A stretch of DNA of 64,000 nucleotides from Azolla caroliniana. Lineage: Eukaryota; Plantae; Polypodiophyta. Position 1 is the first letter of the stretch, and each line of letters begins with the position of its first letter. The notes beneath the pieces are model-generated. The model did no database searches. It was not told where the DNA came from and saw only the letters and a program-made list of their open reading frames with translations. Positions 40,187-53,722 of this stretch are shown here, one piece after another. The stretch spans positions 2,232,001-2,296,000 of the forward strand of contig JBHGNT010000020.1 in NCBI GenBank assembly GCA_043228905.1, in the 5' to 3' direction. The position numbers and the translations under genes are program-made.

Positions 40187-43100
40187 TTAGAGAGTGTCCT
40201 CTAGGAATAATGGATGGATGATAAGGTTCGAGAAGAGTGGCATGGAAGACATTATGAATCCGGAAATGTGGAGGAAGTTCCAGCCGAAAAGTAACAGGAT
40301 TGACACACTCAATGATGAGGAAAGGCCCCAACTTCTTGTAATCCAACTTTCCGCAAGGTCGAGTAGTATCAACATGGCGACGTAAGAGCCAAACTTGATC
40401 ACCAACCAGTCCCTTGCAAGGATGAGTTCGAGGGAGAGGTCTTGATGAATGTCGGCTAAAATAAGAGCATGTCCTTCCGCGGATGGGTTGACAGAGTTGC
40501 CAGGGATGGAAATACTGAAGCAAGGATGAAAACCATAGTTGGCGAAAAATGGGGTGACCCCAGTTGAACCATGTAGCGTATTATTATATGTGAACTCTGC
40601 CAAGGGTAGGAGGTCAACCCAATCATCTTGCTGGTAACTAAGCGAGCATCGAAAGTATTGCTCAAGAATTTGGTTCACCCGCTCTGTTTGGCCATCGGTT
40701 TGAGTATGATAGGACAAAGACAAATTCATTGTAGTACCCAATGTTTGAAGGAGTCGCCACCAAAAACGAGAGACAAATTGGGGTCCGCGATCTGAGGTGA
40801 CATCATCTGGGATTTGTGAAGGTCTTCCTTGGTCTTCTATTTAGACAGATCAATAAGAACTTCTTGAATTGCATTGGCGAATTTGTCAGTGGGAAGTGCT
40901 TTAGCTATCTCCTCAAGCAAAGAGTCATCATGGAGCATGCATGTGGCGAAGAGCTGGAATTGATTTGGTTTAAGCAAACATTGAGATTATTGAGCATAGG
41001 CATCATTCTTTGGGCTCAACTCAAAATCCGACCGTCATGAAAGAGCATTAGCCTTCATGTTTCGTGCGCCCGGTCAAAAGACAATTTCAAAGTCATAGTC
41101 GGCTAAGAAAGTTGACCAACGGGCATGCCGTCGATTCAAAGTACAGGTTGTTCAGAAATACAATAAATTTTTATGATCTGTTAATACCTGAACCCGATGT
41201 TGCACCCTAGCCAAGTAAGGTCTCCACTCCGTGAAAGCTGCCACTATATCCGCGACCTCCTTGTCGTAGATGGGATAATTGATTTTTGGAGCTGTGAATT
41301 TTCGGGAGTAGTACACCACCGGATGTAGGATGCCATCATCATCGGGTTGGGATAAGATGGCACCAACGACAAAGTTAGAGGCATCTGTTTCAACTTGAAA
41401 AGGCTTAGTAGGGTCGACGTGAAGGAGGACTGGAGCCCGGGTAAAATCTTCATTGAGTAGGTCGAAGGTGTGTTGAGTAGATGGAGTCCATTGAAACGAC
41501 CGCCCTTTACGAGTAAGCTCAATCAACGGTTGGACTATGACGGACAACCCTTGATAAATCACCGATAGAAATTTGCGAAACCAAGGAACGACTGGACATC
41601 CTTTAATCTTTTTGGAGTGGTCCATTCTTGAATTGTCTTGATTTTCCTTGGATCCATGGTGATGCCCTGGGGGGAGATAACGTTGTCATGAAGATTTTCG
41701 TCCACAAGCGGAAACCCGAGCAACGAGAGCCAAAGAGCGATGTGCAACGTTGCACACGTACATAATGTATTTGTAATAGTAATAAAGGTATAAAGGTGAT
41801 GTGGTTGTACGCACATCCACGCGCGAGAGAGAGAGAGAGAGGTACTATGCGATACATAGGTACCTAGTTGTTTGTGAGGAGGTGGGAGTTAAGGGGCCAT
41901 CAATCTCACCCTCCCCCAAATCAAGGCAAATATCCCCTTTGAATGAAAGGGGATATGTTAGTCTCACTTTTGTAAGCGGTCTTCCCTCCTTGTGCTATAA
42001 AAGGAGAGAGAAGGCACCATTTTGGGGGTTGCCTATTTTGTGTGAGTAAGGTATACCACTTAGTCGAGGGTTCTACTTCTTCCCATTTCGTTTTAGGGTT
42101 AGGGTTTCGGTTAGGGTTTTCTTCTTGGGTTTTCCTTTAGGGTTTTTCATATAGTCGTTTGGTGCGGCTATGGCGGCCACCATTTTGTTGTAATCATTCA
42201 TTTCTTAATAGAACTTCTTGTTGAGTATCTTGATTGCATCTTCTTCTTCTATCATAATGTCATATTCGTTCTCTTCTCCTCTTGAGCTAATCTTTCTCCT
42301 CCACTCCCTAGTCCAAGACCTCCATGGTCCCGCCTTTCTCCACGCACGCGCGTAACAACGCGACAACGTAACGAAGAAATTCTATGGAATTGCAATCAAA
42401 CTCACATTTTTCTCTCTTGGCATAGAGTCCATGCTCCTTGAGTTTCGAGAGAATCAATCGAATGTGGTGAGTATGCTCTTCAATGATCGACGAGAAGACA
42501 AGAATGTCATCAAGGTAGATAATGACAAAGTGATTGAGATATTCTCGAAATATGTTGTTCATCATATGTTGTAAAACAATTGGAGCGTTGGTGAGTCCAA
42601 AAGGCATTACCTTGCACTCGAAGTGTCCGTATCGTGTACGAAATGCCGTCTTCCATTCATCACCAGGTTTAATCCGAACCAAGTTGTATGCTCCCCGCAA
42701 GTCAATCTTGGAGAAGACCTGTGCACAACAAAGACGATCGAGGAGCTCTAGGATGAGAGGTAAAGGGTATAGATTACATACCGTGATTTTATTGAGGTCA
42801 CGATAATCCACACCTAGACACAACGATCCATCCTTTTTCTTCACAAACAAGATGGGGGCCCCATCTGGTAACTTAGACGGTTGGATGAAGCCCTTCTCCA
42901 AATTTTCATTGAGATATGTGCGAAGAGCCTCTAGTTCTGGTTCAAAGAGACCATAGATGGGCCCAAAGGGTGGAAATGTGCCCTCTTGTAGATCGATGGG
43001 ACAATCATATGGTCAATGCTCTGGTAAGTGATCTACATTCTTCTTCTCGGACACATCAGAAAAATCACCATATTTGGATGGAAGCGAGTCCAGATTGGCT

Positions 43101-44127
43101 TTCATAGAAACCAAAGTTGGGGTACTCGACTTTGAGTCATTGCCCATTGAGATGAAGTGCATTGTGACTGGGGCAGCAACATGTATGTCTATTGTCCAAC
43201 CGCACGACTCCTACTGTAGTTGAACATCGTCGTTTTTTGAATGTTGGGACCCGCTAGTTGGATTGTCCCGATAGACTTGTCGTAGATTACTTTTGAGTGG
43301 GCAAAAACGAATTAGATGGGTAGAGGTGCCACAATATAGACATAGCCCATTGGTTCATCGATGGTGTTGTTCCGTTGTGGTGAGCGGTGCTCGAGCTCAA
43401 TCAATTTCCATCGGCATAGGATCATTGAACGATGTTGTTGGAGAAGATCTTGCAGTCACTTGGGGTTGTGCCATAGGTTTATCTTGGAGAAAGGGCGACA
43501 ACTTGGAAGTTGCCCGTTCCTCTTGTCGAAGTTCAAAAACTGTTGTCACAATTGACTCCTTGCTTGATGGCATGCGATAATGAAGTCGGATCCGGGAAGT
43601 TTAGTAGTAGATTCTTAACATCAGTTCAAAGGCCCTGACGAAAATGGTCATGAAGGGCTTGGTCATCCCACTGAACATCACATGCTAATTGTCTAAATTT
43701 AGATGCATAAACAGACATTGGACGCTTACCTTGATGTAATGCATAGAGTTTGGTAACGCTTGTTCGACGCCGATCCATATCGCCAAATGTTGCCTCGAAC
43801 TCTTCTAGGAAAGCAGAAAAATTGTCGAGAAATGGCGATGATGTTTCAACCAAAGGTGTGAACCAGCTTTGTGCAGCTCTCGAGAGGAGTCCCAACGAGG
43901 CCAACTTGGCAAAAACAATTCACATATCTTTGGGGTTGTAGCCGGATAATAAGCTTGATCTGATTTATGAACCCCCGGAATCGCACCCTTGTGCCATCGA
44001 ACTTGTTGGGTAAACTAACATTGGGTTCTATAGTTAAAGTGGGGTGGAGAGGAATTGGAGCGACGATTGACGAGGGGCCAAGCTCTACAGATTGGAGATT
44101 CCTTGATGTAGGAGGGCACTTGGGTTC
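40187..44127 (-). mobile_element. Decayed Ty3/gypsy chromovirus-type (Tcn1-like) gag-pol L
   Basis: Gag (LPNKFDGTR..FRGFINQ), RT ([23 protein letters not shown]), RNase H (ETDASNF, NYPIYDKE, LTDHKNL) and INT C-terminus (QTDGQTERVNQ, LGPF, IHNVFH). The INT N-terminus is deleted near 40815. No LTRs or chromodomain are visible. Confidence 0.88.
41684..42365 (+). mobile_element. Solo LTR H of the ACGT-targeting lineage (different family from F)
   Basis: TGTCATG...CGCGACA ends. TSD ACGT at 41680-41683 and 42366-42369. Removal restores host RT EFLRYVISPQG. The last ~55 bp resemble F. Confidence 0.9.
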
Positions 44128-45695
44128 TGTTGGGAAATCGGTCTCTCCGGATGGGATCAGGTGATGAATAAAGAGGACCCGGTCAGAACCGGAAGAGAGA
44201 TCCGAAAACCAGATCGGTGGACCCGGTGAGAACCGGAAGAGAAGACAGATTTGTAAATATGTCTTGAATAAGCCTATTAAGGCTATATTTGTAAATAGCC
44301 CTAAGTTCATATAACTATAAATATGACTTAGGGCAATCACTTTATATGAGTGTGTGTGATTGTGTTGTCGTCATATTGTTGTAACTGTTGTATAGAGGGA
44401 GAGAGAGGGAGAGAGAGAGATACAGAAAGACACTCTGCTGTAACCGCCACTGTGCGAAGAAACAGAGCTCGAGGTCATTGCCTTTGAGTCTTTGATTGTA
44501 CCCCTTCTCTTCATAGTGATAGTTCGGATTCTATGATCTCTCGTGGTTTTTACCTATTAGGGTTTTCCATGTAAACATCTTGTGCCATTTTCTTGTGTAC
44601 TCTCCACTTCCCATTTCTGTGTTTGATTCTTATAGAAGTGACTTACTACTCGGTTGTGGCCGAGCGATTTTCCGCGCATTTCTTGTTAGAATCTCGGTCC
44701 CTCCGGATGGAATACAAAGGCCCGACATCGGAAGACCCGGTGAGAACCGGATGAAGTAGGTCCGGTGAGAACCTCTCACTGGATGAAGGGACATATATGT
44801 AGATAGTCCTAATGTCATATTAGTATAAATGTGACCTAGGGCAAATAGTGTGTGTGACCATCATAGTTGTTGTGATTATCTCTGTATAGTGTTATTGGTG
44901 TAACGACTGTACAGAGAGAGAGAGAGAGAGAGATACAGAGCATGTCTCTGTTGTAACTGCCGCTAGGCGAAGATTGTGAGCAAGAGGTCGTTGCCTCTGT
45001 GCTCCCTATTGTACTTCAATGAAGAGAGAAAGGCTCATGAGCTCTAGGAGAAGATCGGCATTATGTTTTAGAACAAAAATGTTGTTAATCAGGTTTCGGT
45101 ATTTCGGAAGCTAGTAAGACTCAGGTACCAAGACGGCTCCAACATGGCGGAGCACATGAATGCCTTCTAGGGGCTGATCCACCAGGCAACATCATTGGAA
45201 GTACCTCTCGCTGATGATGTACTAGCACTACTCCTACTCGGTTCCCTCCCAGATAGTTGGGAGACGTTGGTTGTCACTTTGGGCAACACCGGACCGGAAG
45301 GGAAACGGTTATCCCTAGCAAGAGTGAAGTCGAGCTTGCTAGATGAGGAGGCGCGTTAGAAAGACAAGGATACGAGCTCTGACTCCAAAGCACTCCTCAC
45401 CGAATCGGAATGCAGAAGACATAGGAACCGGGAAAAGTCGAGGACACGGTCAAAGTCAAGGGGGAGGCCTACTTGCATCTATTGCGGCAAGCCGGGACAC
45501 TTCCAGAAGAACTGTCGGCACTTCTGAAAAGACAAGGAAACCGACAGTAACGATTTGAAGCGGACATCCGACAGTAACGGTAAAGACCGGAGGGGACCGG
45601 ACCGGAAAGGGAACCACGGCATTCACGGCAAGTGAAGAAGAGTTGATGCTCATCACCGAGGAGAGTGAGTTGAACCTTGCCGGCGACGAGACAAC

Positions 45696-46424
45696 TGTCA
45701 AGAACTACACGCTCCCGATGAACAACGCTCGGCCACAACCAAAGCTTAGAATCAAACACAGAAAACGGGAATGAATGCATGACACAATGGAGAGAAGAGT
45801 ACACAAGATGTTTACGTGGAAAACCCAAACACGAGAAAAACCACGGCAGTCCACTGATTGCTAACTATCACTATGTGACAATATACAATAGATGAACACA
45901 AAGGCAACGACCTCTTGTTCACTGTCTTCGCCACAGGCGGCGGTTACAACAGAGATACGAACTCTTCGTCTCTTTCTCTCTCTCTCTCTCTCTGTACACT
46001 GTTGCGCTCTAATCTTGCACCCAAAAAGAATGACCAAAAAAAACAACAACAACACAACGTTTGCCCTAAGTCATATTTATACTAATATGACTTTTCGGCT
46101 ATTTACAAATATAGCCCCGATGGACTCTCAGAAACATATTTACGAATATGTCCCTTCATCTGGTGAGCACTCCTCACCGGGCCTACATCATCCGGCGCTT
46201 GTTGGGCACACGTCATCCGGTTCTCACCGAGTCTTCCGTTGCCGGGTACTCCACATCCGGTTCTCACCGGGTCTTCACCATCCGGCTCTTGCCGGGTACT
46301 CGTCATCTGGTTCTCACCGGGTCTTCCGTTGCCGAGTACTCCACATCCGGTTTCGGCCTCGGTCGAGTTTGCTCATCATCACTGTTCTTTTCACTTCCCA
46401 TCCGGAGGGACCTGTTTCCTAACA
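45696..46424 (-). mobile_element. Inverted solo LTR O (G-related copia)
   Basis: TGTCA...TAACA ends. TSD ACAAC at 45691-45695 and 46425-46429. The reverse complement resembles G LTRs. Confidence 0.9.
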
Positions 46425-48257
46425 ACAACGTGGGTTGTCGATTCCGGAGCGTCGTTCCACCTTACCCCGGACCAGAAATGCTTCTCATCCTACACAACCG
46501 GTGATCACGACTGTGTCCGGATGGGGAATGAAGGTACATGCCGAATTTTCGGCATAGGAGGTGTGTGGTTGACAACACCAACCGGATGCAAGCTGCTTCT
46601 GAAGGATGTCCGACACGTTCCGGAGGTTCGACTGAACCTGATATCAGCCAATCGGCTAGATGATGAAGGCTACAGGGGTAGCATCCAGAACGGAGTCATG
46701 AAATTCAGCAACGGGAGCCTGATAATGGCTCGGGCCCAGAAGGTCAACACCCTGTACCTAATGAATGCCCGATTATGCTCGGAAGAAGTGAACGTGGCTT
46801 CCGACACTGCCGGTGAGCTGTGGCACAAGAGACTGTGTCACATGAGCATGAAGGGGATGAAGAGACTTGCCGATGACAACCTCATTCCGGTGAAGAACGT
46901 GCATCTTGAGAGGTGCACCGATCTGCCTAGCCGGTAAGCAAAACCGGACCTCCTTCCGATCAAGGTCACCGATGAGACGTAATGCACCATAGGAGTTGGT
47001 GCATACCAATGTGTGTCAAGTGGACACGAAGTCCCATGCCGAAGCGCAGTACTTCATGACGTTCATAGATGACCATAGGAGGAGGCTGTGGACCACACCG
47101 TTGAAGATGAAGGATCAGGTGTTATCCGTCTTCAAGGATCTCCACGCAAGAGTGGAAAGAGAAACCGGATGGAAGTTGAAGGCGGTTCGAGCAAATAACG
47201 TAGGGGAATACCGGGGGTAGTTCGAGGAGTATTGCCACTCGAAGGGAATCCGGCTCGAATTTACCATGCCGAAGACACCGGAACTAAACGGGCTAGCCGA
47301 GAGGATGAAGCGGACCATAATGGAGAGGGTCCAGAGCACCTGGTTTGCCAGTTAAAAAAGAGCCTCTACGGGTTGAAGCAGGCTCCCTAGCAATGGTGCC
47401 GGAAGTTCGACTCCTTCATGACCGATCAAGGATAGCACAAGACGTAGGCCGATCGGTACGTATTTGTGAAGAAGTTCGAAGGTGGAGACTTCCTGATACT
47501 CCTCTTGTACGTGGACAACATGTTCATCGTCGAACGAGACCAAGTCAAGATATGAATTTTGAAGAAGGCCTTGAACTGGACCTTCTCAATGAAAGACTTG
47601 GGTCCGGCAAGACAGATGCTGGGGATGCATATCATCCGGGACCGGCCAACGAAGCAATTGTGGCTATCACAAGAGAAGTACGTGACAAAGGTGCTTCAAC
47701 GGTTCAAAATGTCAGATGCGAAATCGGTCGGATTGACACTTCCGGCAAACTGCATGTTATCCGGTAAGCAAAGCCCGAAGACGAAAGTAGAGAAGGCGGA
47801 TATGGTGAAGATACCATATGCCTCTGCCGTCGGGAGCCCAATGTGCGCAATGGAGTGGTGAGCCGGATCATGAGCAATCCCGGCAAGGAGCACTGGAATG
47901 CGGTAAAATGGATACTCCGATACTTGAAAGGCATCTCAAGTATGTGTCTCCGATTCGGCTCCGGTAAATCCCAACTTGACGGTTTCACCGATTCGGATAT
48001 GTCGGCTGATGCGGATACCAACCAGTCAACATCTGGATATGTCATGACATATGCGGGGGGAGCTGTTTCGTGGCAATCGAGGCTGCAGAAAACGATTGCG
48101 TTGTCAACCACAGAAGCAAAGTACATGGCGGCTGTGGAAGCCGGCAAGGAAATACTATGGATGAAGGACTTCATCCAAGAGCTAGGGATCCGGCAAGAGG
48201 AATACCGGCTCTATTGCGACAGTCCAAGTGCCATCCACCTTGCGAAGAACACAACAT

Positions 48258-48905
48258 TGTCGTGAAGAAAACCGTCCCTTGGCGCAATCAGTGAATAGCG
48301 CACATGAACCGGCCCTTCACGTGTGCGCGCTCTTAATGTATATAATAGAGAATTAGGTACATAGGGATATCCTAGGTAGTTAGATTCGGTAGGTAGGAAG
48401 TAAATGAGGAAGACGGCTCCCTTCTTGACGCTATAAAGGAGAAGGAGACGCAGGGAGAAGGATTGCGCATTAAGGAGGACGAAGTGCTGTCGGACCGGAA
48501 CCGAACGCTTCTCCTTTGTTCGTTCTCCATCGCTCTTCTCTGCAGGTTTTCGGGAGGCTCGCGCTGCTTCGAGGAACGCCCGTGTGCTTCCGGCAGTACC
48601 TCCACCCTTTTCTCCTTTTGTGCGCAGACGAACAGGCATCGGCATCTGTTCGCCGGCCTGTTCGGTTGTAACCGCTCGCGTGCTTTGTTGTGTATTCTGT
48701 TACTCGTTAATATACAAACACTTGTGTCTCCCTATCTCTGTGTCCATTCGCGTCTTCTGTGTTGACGGGCCATGCCCCTGTGTTTCTTACTCATACGTGA
48801 TAGGGCGTCTCTCTCTTTCTTATTCCCCTTCTATCACCTGCTCTTCAGTCCAAGATCCCGGTGGTCCCGCCTCGTTTCTCCACGCACGCGCATAGTAACG
48901 CGACA
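48258..48905 (+). mobile_element. Solo LTR F2 of the ACGT-targeting lineage
   Basis: TGTCGTG...CGCGACA ends. TSD ACAT/ACGT at 48254-48257 and 48906-48909. Removal restores host RNase H AKNTTYHSRTKHI. Confidence 0.9.
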
Positions 48906-50919
48906 ACGTATCATTCCAGGACGAAGCACATCCAACGGAGGTACCACTGGATTCGGGAGCGAGTAGAAGACCGAGACTTCATGCTGACGAAAATCCACAC
49001 GGAGGAGAACGGGTCGGATATGCTGACCAAGGTGCTGACGCCCGACAAGCTAGACGCATGCCGGAGATTATTCCTCATATTTCTCATCATTTCTCTACAA
49101 ACTGATATCAGAGCGAACAAGACAGAAAATGGAAGAATCTTACGACGGCATGTTCAAGCTCACCGGCTCCAACTACTCAGTGTGGAAGTCGAATATGAGG
49201 GACATGTTGGTGGTTAAAATCTTTGGTTGTTGGTTCAGTTCGGAGACAAGAGACCGGATAAGATCGACGCCACAGTGTGGGAGGTGATGCACATGAACAC
49301 GACGGCATACATCCGGTGCTTCATCGACATGAGCCTGTACAACAACTTCAATGAAGAGACCAAGGCTCATGAACTCTGGGAGAAGATCGACATCATGTTC
49401 CAGAACAAGAATGCCGTTAATCGGGTTTCGGTATTTCGGAAGCTACTGAGGCTCCGGTACCAAGACGACTCCAGTATGGCGGAGCATATGAATGCCTTCC
49501 AAGGGCTGATACACCAAGAAACCTCGTTCGAAGTACCTCTTGCCAATGAGGTACTTGCTCTACTCCTGCTCGGTTCCCTTCCGGATAACTGGGAGACGTT
49601 AGTTGTCACGTTGGGCAATGCCGGGCCGGAAGGAAAACAACTATCCCTAGCAAGAGTCAAGTCGAGCTTGCTAGATGAGGAGGCGCGTCGGAAAGACAAG
49701 GAGGTGATCTCCGACGCCAAAGCCCTCCTTACCGAATTGGAACATGGAAGACAAAGGAATTAGAGTCCCCAGAACTGGGAAAAGTCGGGGAAACAGTCAA
49801 AGTCAAGGGGGAGGAGCACTTGCTTCTATTGCGGCAAGTCGGGGCACTTCTAGAAGAACTGTCGGCATTTCCGGAAAGACAAGGGAACCGATAGTGTCGA
49901 TTCGAAGAAGTCACCGGACCGAAACGGTTCGGATTGGCGAGGCCCGAACCGAAAGGGGACGACAGCGATCGCGGCAAGTGAAGAAGAACTAATGCTTATC
50001 ATCGAGGAGAGTGAGTTGAACCTTGCCGTCGACGAGACAACGTGGGTTGTCAATTCCGGAGCGTGCTGTGTCCGGATGGGGAATGAAGGGACATGCCGAA
50101 TTATCGGCATAGGAGATGTGTTGTTGACGATATCAACCGGATGCAAGTTGTTGCTGAAGGATGTCCGACACGTTCCGGAGGTTCGACTAAACCTGATATC
50201 AACCGATCGGCTAGATGATGAAGGCTACACAGGTAACATCCGAAACGGTGTCATGAAGTTCTACAAAGGGAACTTAATAGTGGCTCGAGTTTGGAAGGTC
50301 AACACTTTGTACTTGATGAGTGCTCGGATATGCCGGGAAGAAGTGAACGTAGCATCTAACACTGTCGGTGAGCTGTGGCACAAAAGACTATGTCACATGA
50401 GTGAGAAGGGGATGAAGAGGCTTGTTGATGAAAATCTCATTTTGGTGAAGGACGTGCAACTTGAGAAGTGCACCGATTGCCTGGATGGCAAGCAAAACCG
50501 CACCTCCTTCCGGTCAAGACCATTGATGAGACGGAATGCACCACTAGAGCTGGTGCATACCGATGTGTGTCAAGTAGCACAAAGTCACATGCTGGATCGC
50601 AATACTTCGTGACATTCAGTGATGACCACAACCGGAAGTTGTGGGTCTCACCGTTGAAGACGAAGGATAAAATGTTATTTGTCTTCAAGGAGCTCCATGC
50701 GAGAGTGGAAAAAGAAATCGGCCGGAAGCTGAAGGCGGTTCGAGCAGATAACGGAGGAGAATACTGGGGGCAGTTCGAGGAGTACTGTCGGTCGAAGAGA
50801 ATCCGGCTCGAATTCACCACCGAAGACGCCGGAACTAAACGGGCTGGCCGAAAGGATGAACCGAACCATAATGGAGAGAGTCCGGAGCATGCTTGCACAT
50901 GCCAAGCTACCCAAGATGT

Positions 50920-51993
50920 TGTCGTGAAGATTCGTCACTAGGAGCAGATTGTGAGGCAGAACCGCCGGGGTTCTGGACCGGAAGGATTCGAAGTCGATAC
51001 AAGCTTTAGTGAGGAAGTATTTAAGATAGATTGGGAAAGAGAGAAATTGAGAATAAACTCTTGACTTTCGATTGAGAGAGATTGATTAAACTTTTATCTT
51101 TAGATTTAAGAAACAAGTTACACGATCAATTCGATAACGAATTTTCTTCTTCTTAATTTCATAACCAAAAGAGCCTAACCTTTCTTCTTTTTGATCCCTT
51201 CTTTTATAGATGCTCTCATGCATATGATGCATGTGAGGGTACAAGACATGCATAAAATGCATGTTTGCCATTTGGCGCTCATGTATTACATGTGGTGCAT
51301 GATAACCATGTCACTCATTTTAGCTCTCATGTATGTGAATTTACATGTAAAAGTACAATGATAGAAATATAAATTCAACTAAATGTCATGGCTTAGTGGT
51401 AAGTCCACTGACTCTTAACTAGGAGGTGCAAGGTTTGAATCCTTACTTGCCCTCCTTATATATATATATATATATTTATTTATTTATTAATTTAGTCCCC
51501 GGATGCCGTTGCCGCCGGTTTCCATCGGTTGTCGTCGGTCGTCGGATGCCAGATACCGCCTCGCTGGATTACTGGCTCCGCCGCCGCCTCACTGGCCCGT
51601 TGGATGCCGATTCACCGGTGTCGCCTCGCCGGTTACCGTCCAGTTCCGTTTTGGTTGGCCAAAACCTTTACGAGTGCTCTCTATGCTCCACACATAGACA
51701 CCAAGATAATAACTTTTGCTCTACCTTATATATGGTGAGAGCATTATTCGTCTTGTCTATGTGGGATATCTCACAATTTTCTCTTTTTCTTTTGCAACTT
51801 CTTACCCACATAAGTTGACACTTAGATGTCTATTTCTTATGTAGTAAAGTGCATCTCTTTAAGATCTTCATCTTTTGTACTAAGATATTAAACTTACTTA
51901 GAATTAGTATATTCACTATTATTGTTTTATATGATTGACACTTGATTTCGTACGTCTAGTGTGATATTCACACATTGTTTTATATGATTGACA
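50920..51993 (-). mobile_element. Solo LTR P of the same lineage (third family)
   Basis: TGTCGTG...TTGACA ends. 4-bp TSD ATGT at 50916-50919 and 51994-51997. Removal restores host LPKMFWAEAL. It shares the U5 motif and tRNA-like cassette with J. Confidence 0.85.
51382..51455 (+). promoter_or_regulatory. tRNA-like Pol III cassette (A and B boxes) in LTR P
   Basis: A box TGGCTTAGTGG at 51389-51399. Lys(CTT)-like loop CTCTTAA at 51412-51418. B box GGTTTGAATCC at 51432-51442 with tRNA spacing. The cloverleaf is degenerate. Confidence 0.65.
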
Positions 51994-53654
51994 ATGTTTT
52001 GGGCTGAGGCGCTGACGACGGCGACCTATGTGATAAACAGATCACCCTCAGTACCCTTGGACGGAAACTCACCGCAGAAAGTATGGACCAATAAGGATGT
52101 GTCTTACCGGCATCTAAAGGTGTTCGGGTGTCTCGCATACGTGCATGTGGTGAAGGACAAGAGAGAAAAGCTAGATCCGAAGTCCCGACCATGCATATTC
52201 CTTGGATACGGCGATGATGAGTTCGGTTACAGGGTGTGGGATTTGGTCGACAAGAAGGTGTTCTGGAGTCGGGACATAGTCTTCATGGAAGACAAGACCA
52301 TTGCCGACTCGGAGTCGGAGAAGAAGGTAACGAACTCCGGATCATCCATTGAGAACCGGCTTGAGGACAAAAGGATATACCCGGTTGAAAACAAGATGTT
52401 AGCTGGTAACCAGATGACACTCAACAAACCGGTCGAATACGGGCAGGAAACCGAACCGACCGAAGAAGCAGAAGAAGAAGACACGGGAACCAGACAAGCT
52501 CCCGAATCAGATTCGGATTCGGAACAAACGGAGGAATCAGCAGTCATATATCAAGGATGGTGATATCCTCTCTGGGAGAGAAGAGCCCCCCAAAGATTTC
52601 CGCATGCAGAGCATTTGTTGCTAACCGATGAGGGGGATCCAGAAAGCTTTGAAGAAGCAAGGAGAGACACCCATAGCCGCAAGTGGTTGAGTGCCATGTG
52701 TGAAAGTGTTTTTACAATTCAAGGTATTAAAGTCTACAAGAATATAAGATATGGTGCGTTCACATCCGGAGGGCAAGATCACGAGCTAAGGTCTTAAGGA
52801 TAAGTCAAACTAAAAGCAAGAAAGATGGAGAAAAGTAAAAGAAGAAAAAAGCGGGCACCAAAACGCAGTCTGCAACCAACGCTCATAACTCATTTTTTTG
52901 GAAACCAAATATAATGTGCAAACATGTGTTGGAAAGCATGTGAAGAGAGCTATCTATAGCTTTTTAAATCTCTAAATTTGGAGCTCGGATGAGGGAGATA
53001 TGACGATTTGAAGATCGTTGTGTCATAGATAAGAATAGGACTCGATGAAAACTCTAAAAAAAGCATAAAAAAGAAAGCAAGGGAAGCTTATCTAGTTGAG
53101 AAGACTTTTATATAAAGGAAGAAGAGTAAGGTGGTGTGGGAGAGTCTCTTTCTTGTGATGTTTTCTTGCCTATTCACGTTGTCGTGCCTTTCGGCTCCGG
53201 ATCGTTGCGTGAGTCGGGTGGGAACCGCTGGGGTTTTGGACTAGGAGGAAAGAAAATTCTAAGGCAATTAAGAATATGAAATATATTATAAGAAAGAAAG
53301 ATATGAAAAACTAGTGAATCCCACGAGTATAGTGTATTAGTGAGTACTCAAATTAAGAGAGAAAAATAGTTAGCAAACTCGTGGATCCCACGATTATATT
53401 ATATTAATCAACCCTTGTAAAATAATCAACAACCTCTATACATCTTTCTCTCTTCCTTATATAGTGTTGGAAGAGTCTAAGTTTATTACATGCAAGCATC
53501 ATGCTTTTCCTATCTTTAGTTTTCATGCACACTGCATGTGCATGATTAGCTTTCTATCTCATCTTTTCGTTTAACTTGAGTGTCTATGCATGAATAACTT
53601 TTTGTACCATGCATGTCTAGAATATTTACATGGGATAATCTTTAAAATTCATAA

Positions 53655-53722
53655 TACGCTAGTATAATGATAAGGCTTAACATTATTAACATGGAGGTGC
53701 AAGGTTCGATTCTTGCCCTATG
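53655..53722 (+). promoter_or_regulatory. tRNA-like Pol III cassette in J 3' LTR (copy at ~59685-59752 in 5' LTR)
   Basis: A-box-like TAGTATAATGA at 53660-53670. T-arm GCAAG-GTTCGATT-CTTGC with B box at 53703-53713. Homologous to the cassette in P. Confidence 0.6.

Larger units (their letters stand above)
44684..49079 (+). mobile_element. Deleted Ty1/copia element N inserted into the 5' LTR of M
   Basis: TSD TTTCT at 44679-44683 and 49080-49084. Deletions join LTR to gag (~45013), INT to RT (~47338) and RNase H to the LTR end (~49066). Confidence 0.78.

Noticed and set aside
40110-40190. HDV-like ribozyme at a putative LINE 5' end
   Set aside because: I could not build the nested double pseudoknot by eye. 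Only one hairpin is clear.
51382-51455. Functional tRNA-Lys gene
   Set aside because: Acceptor and anticodon stems do not pair well. It is kept only as a tRNA-like cassette.
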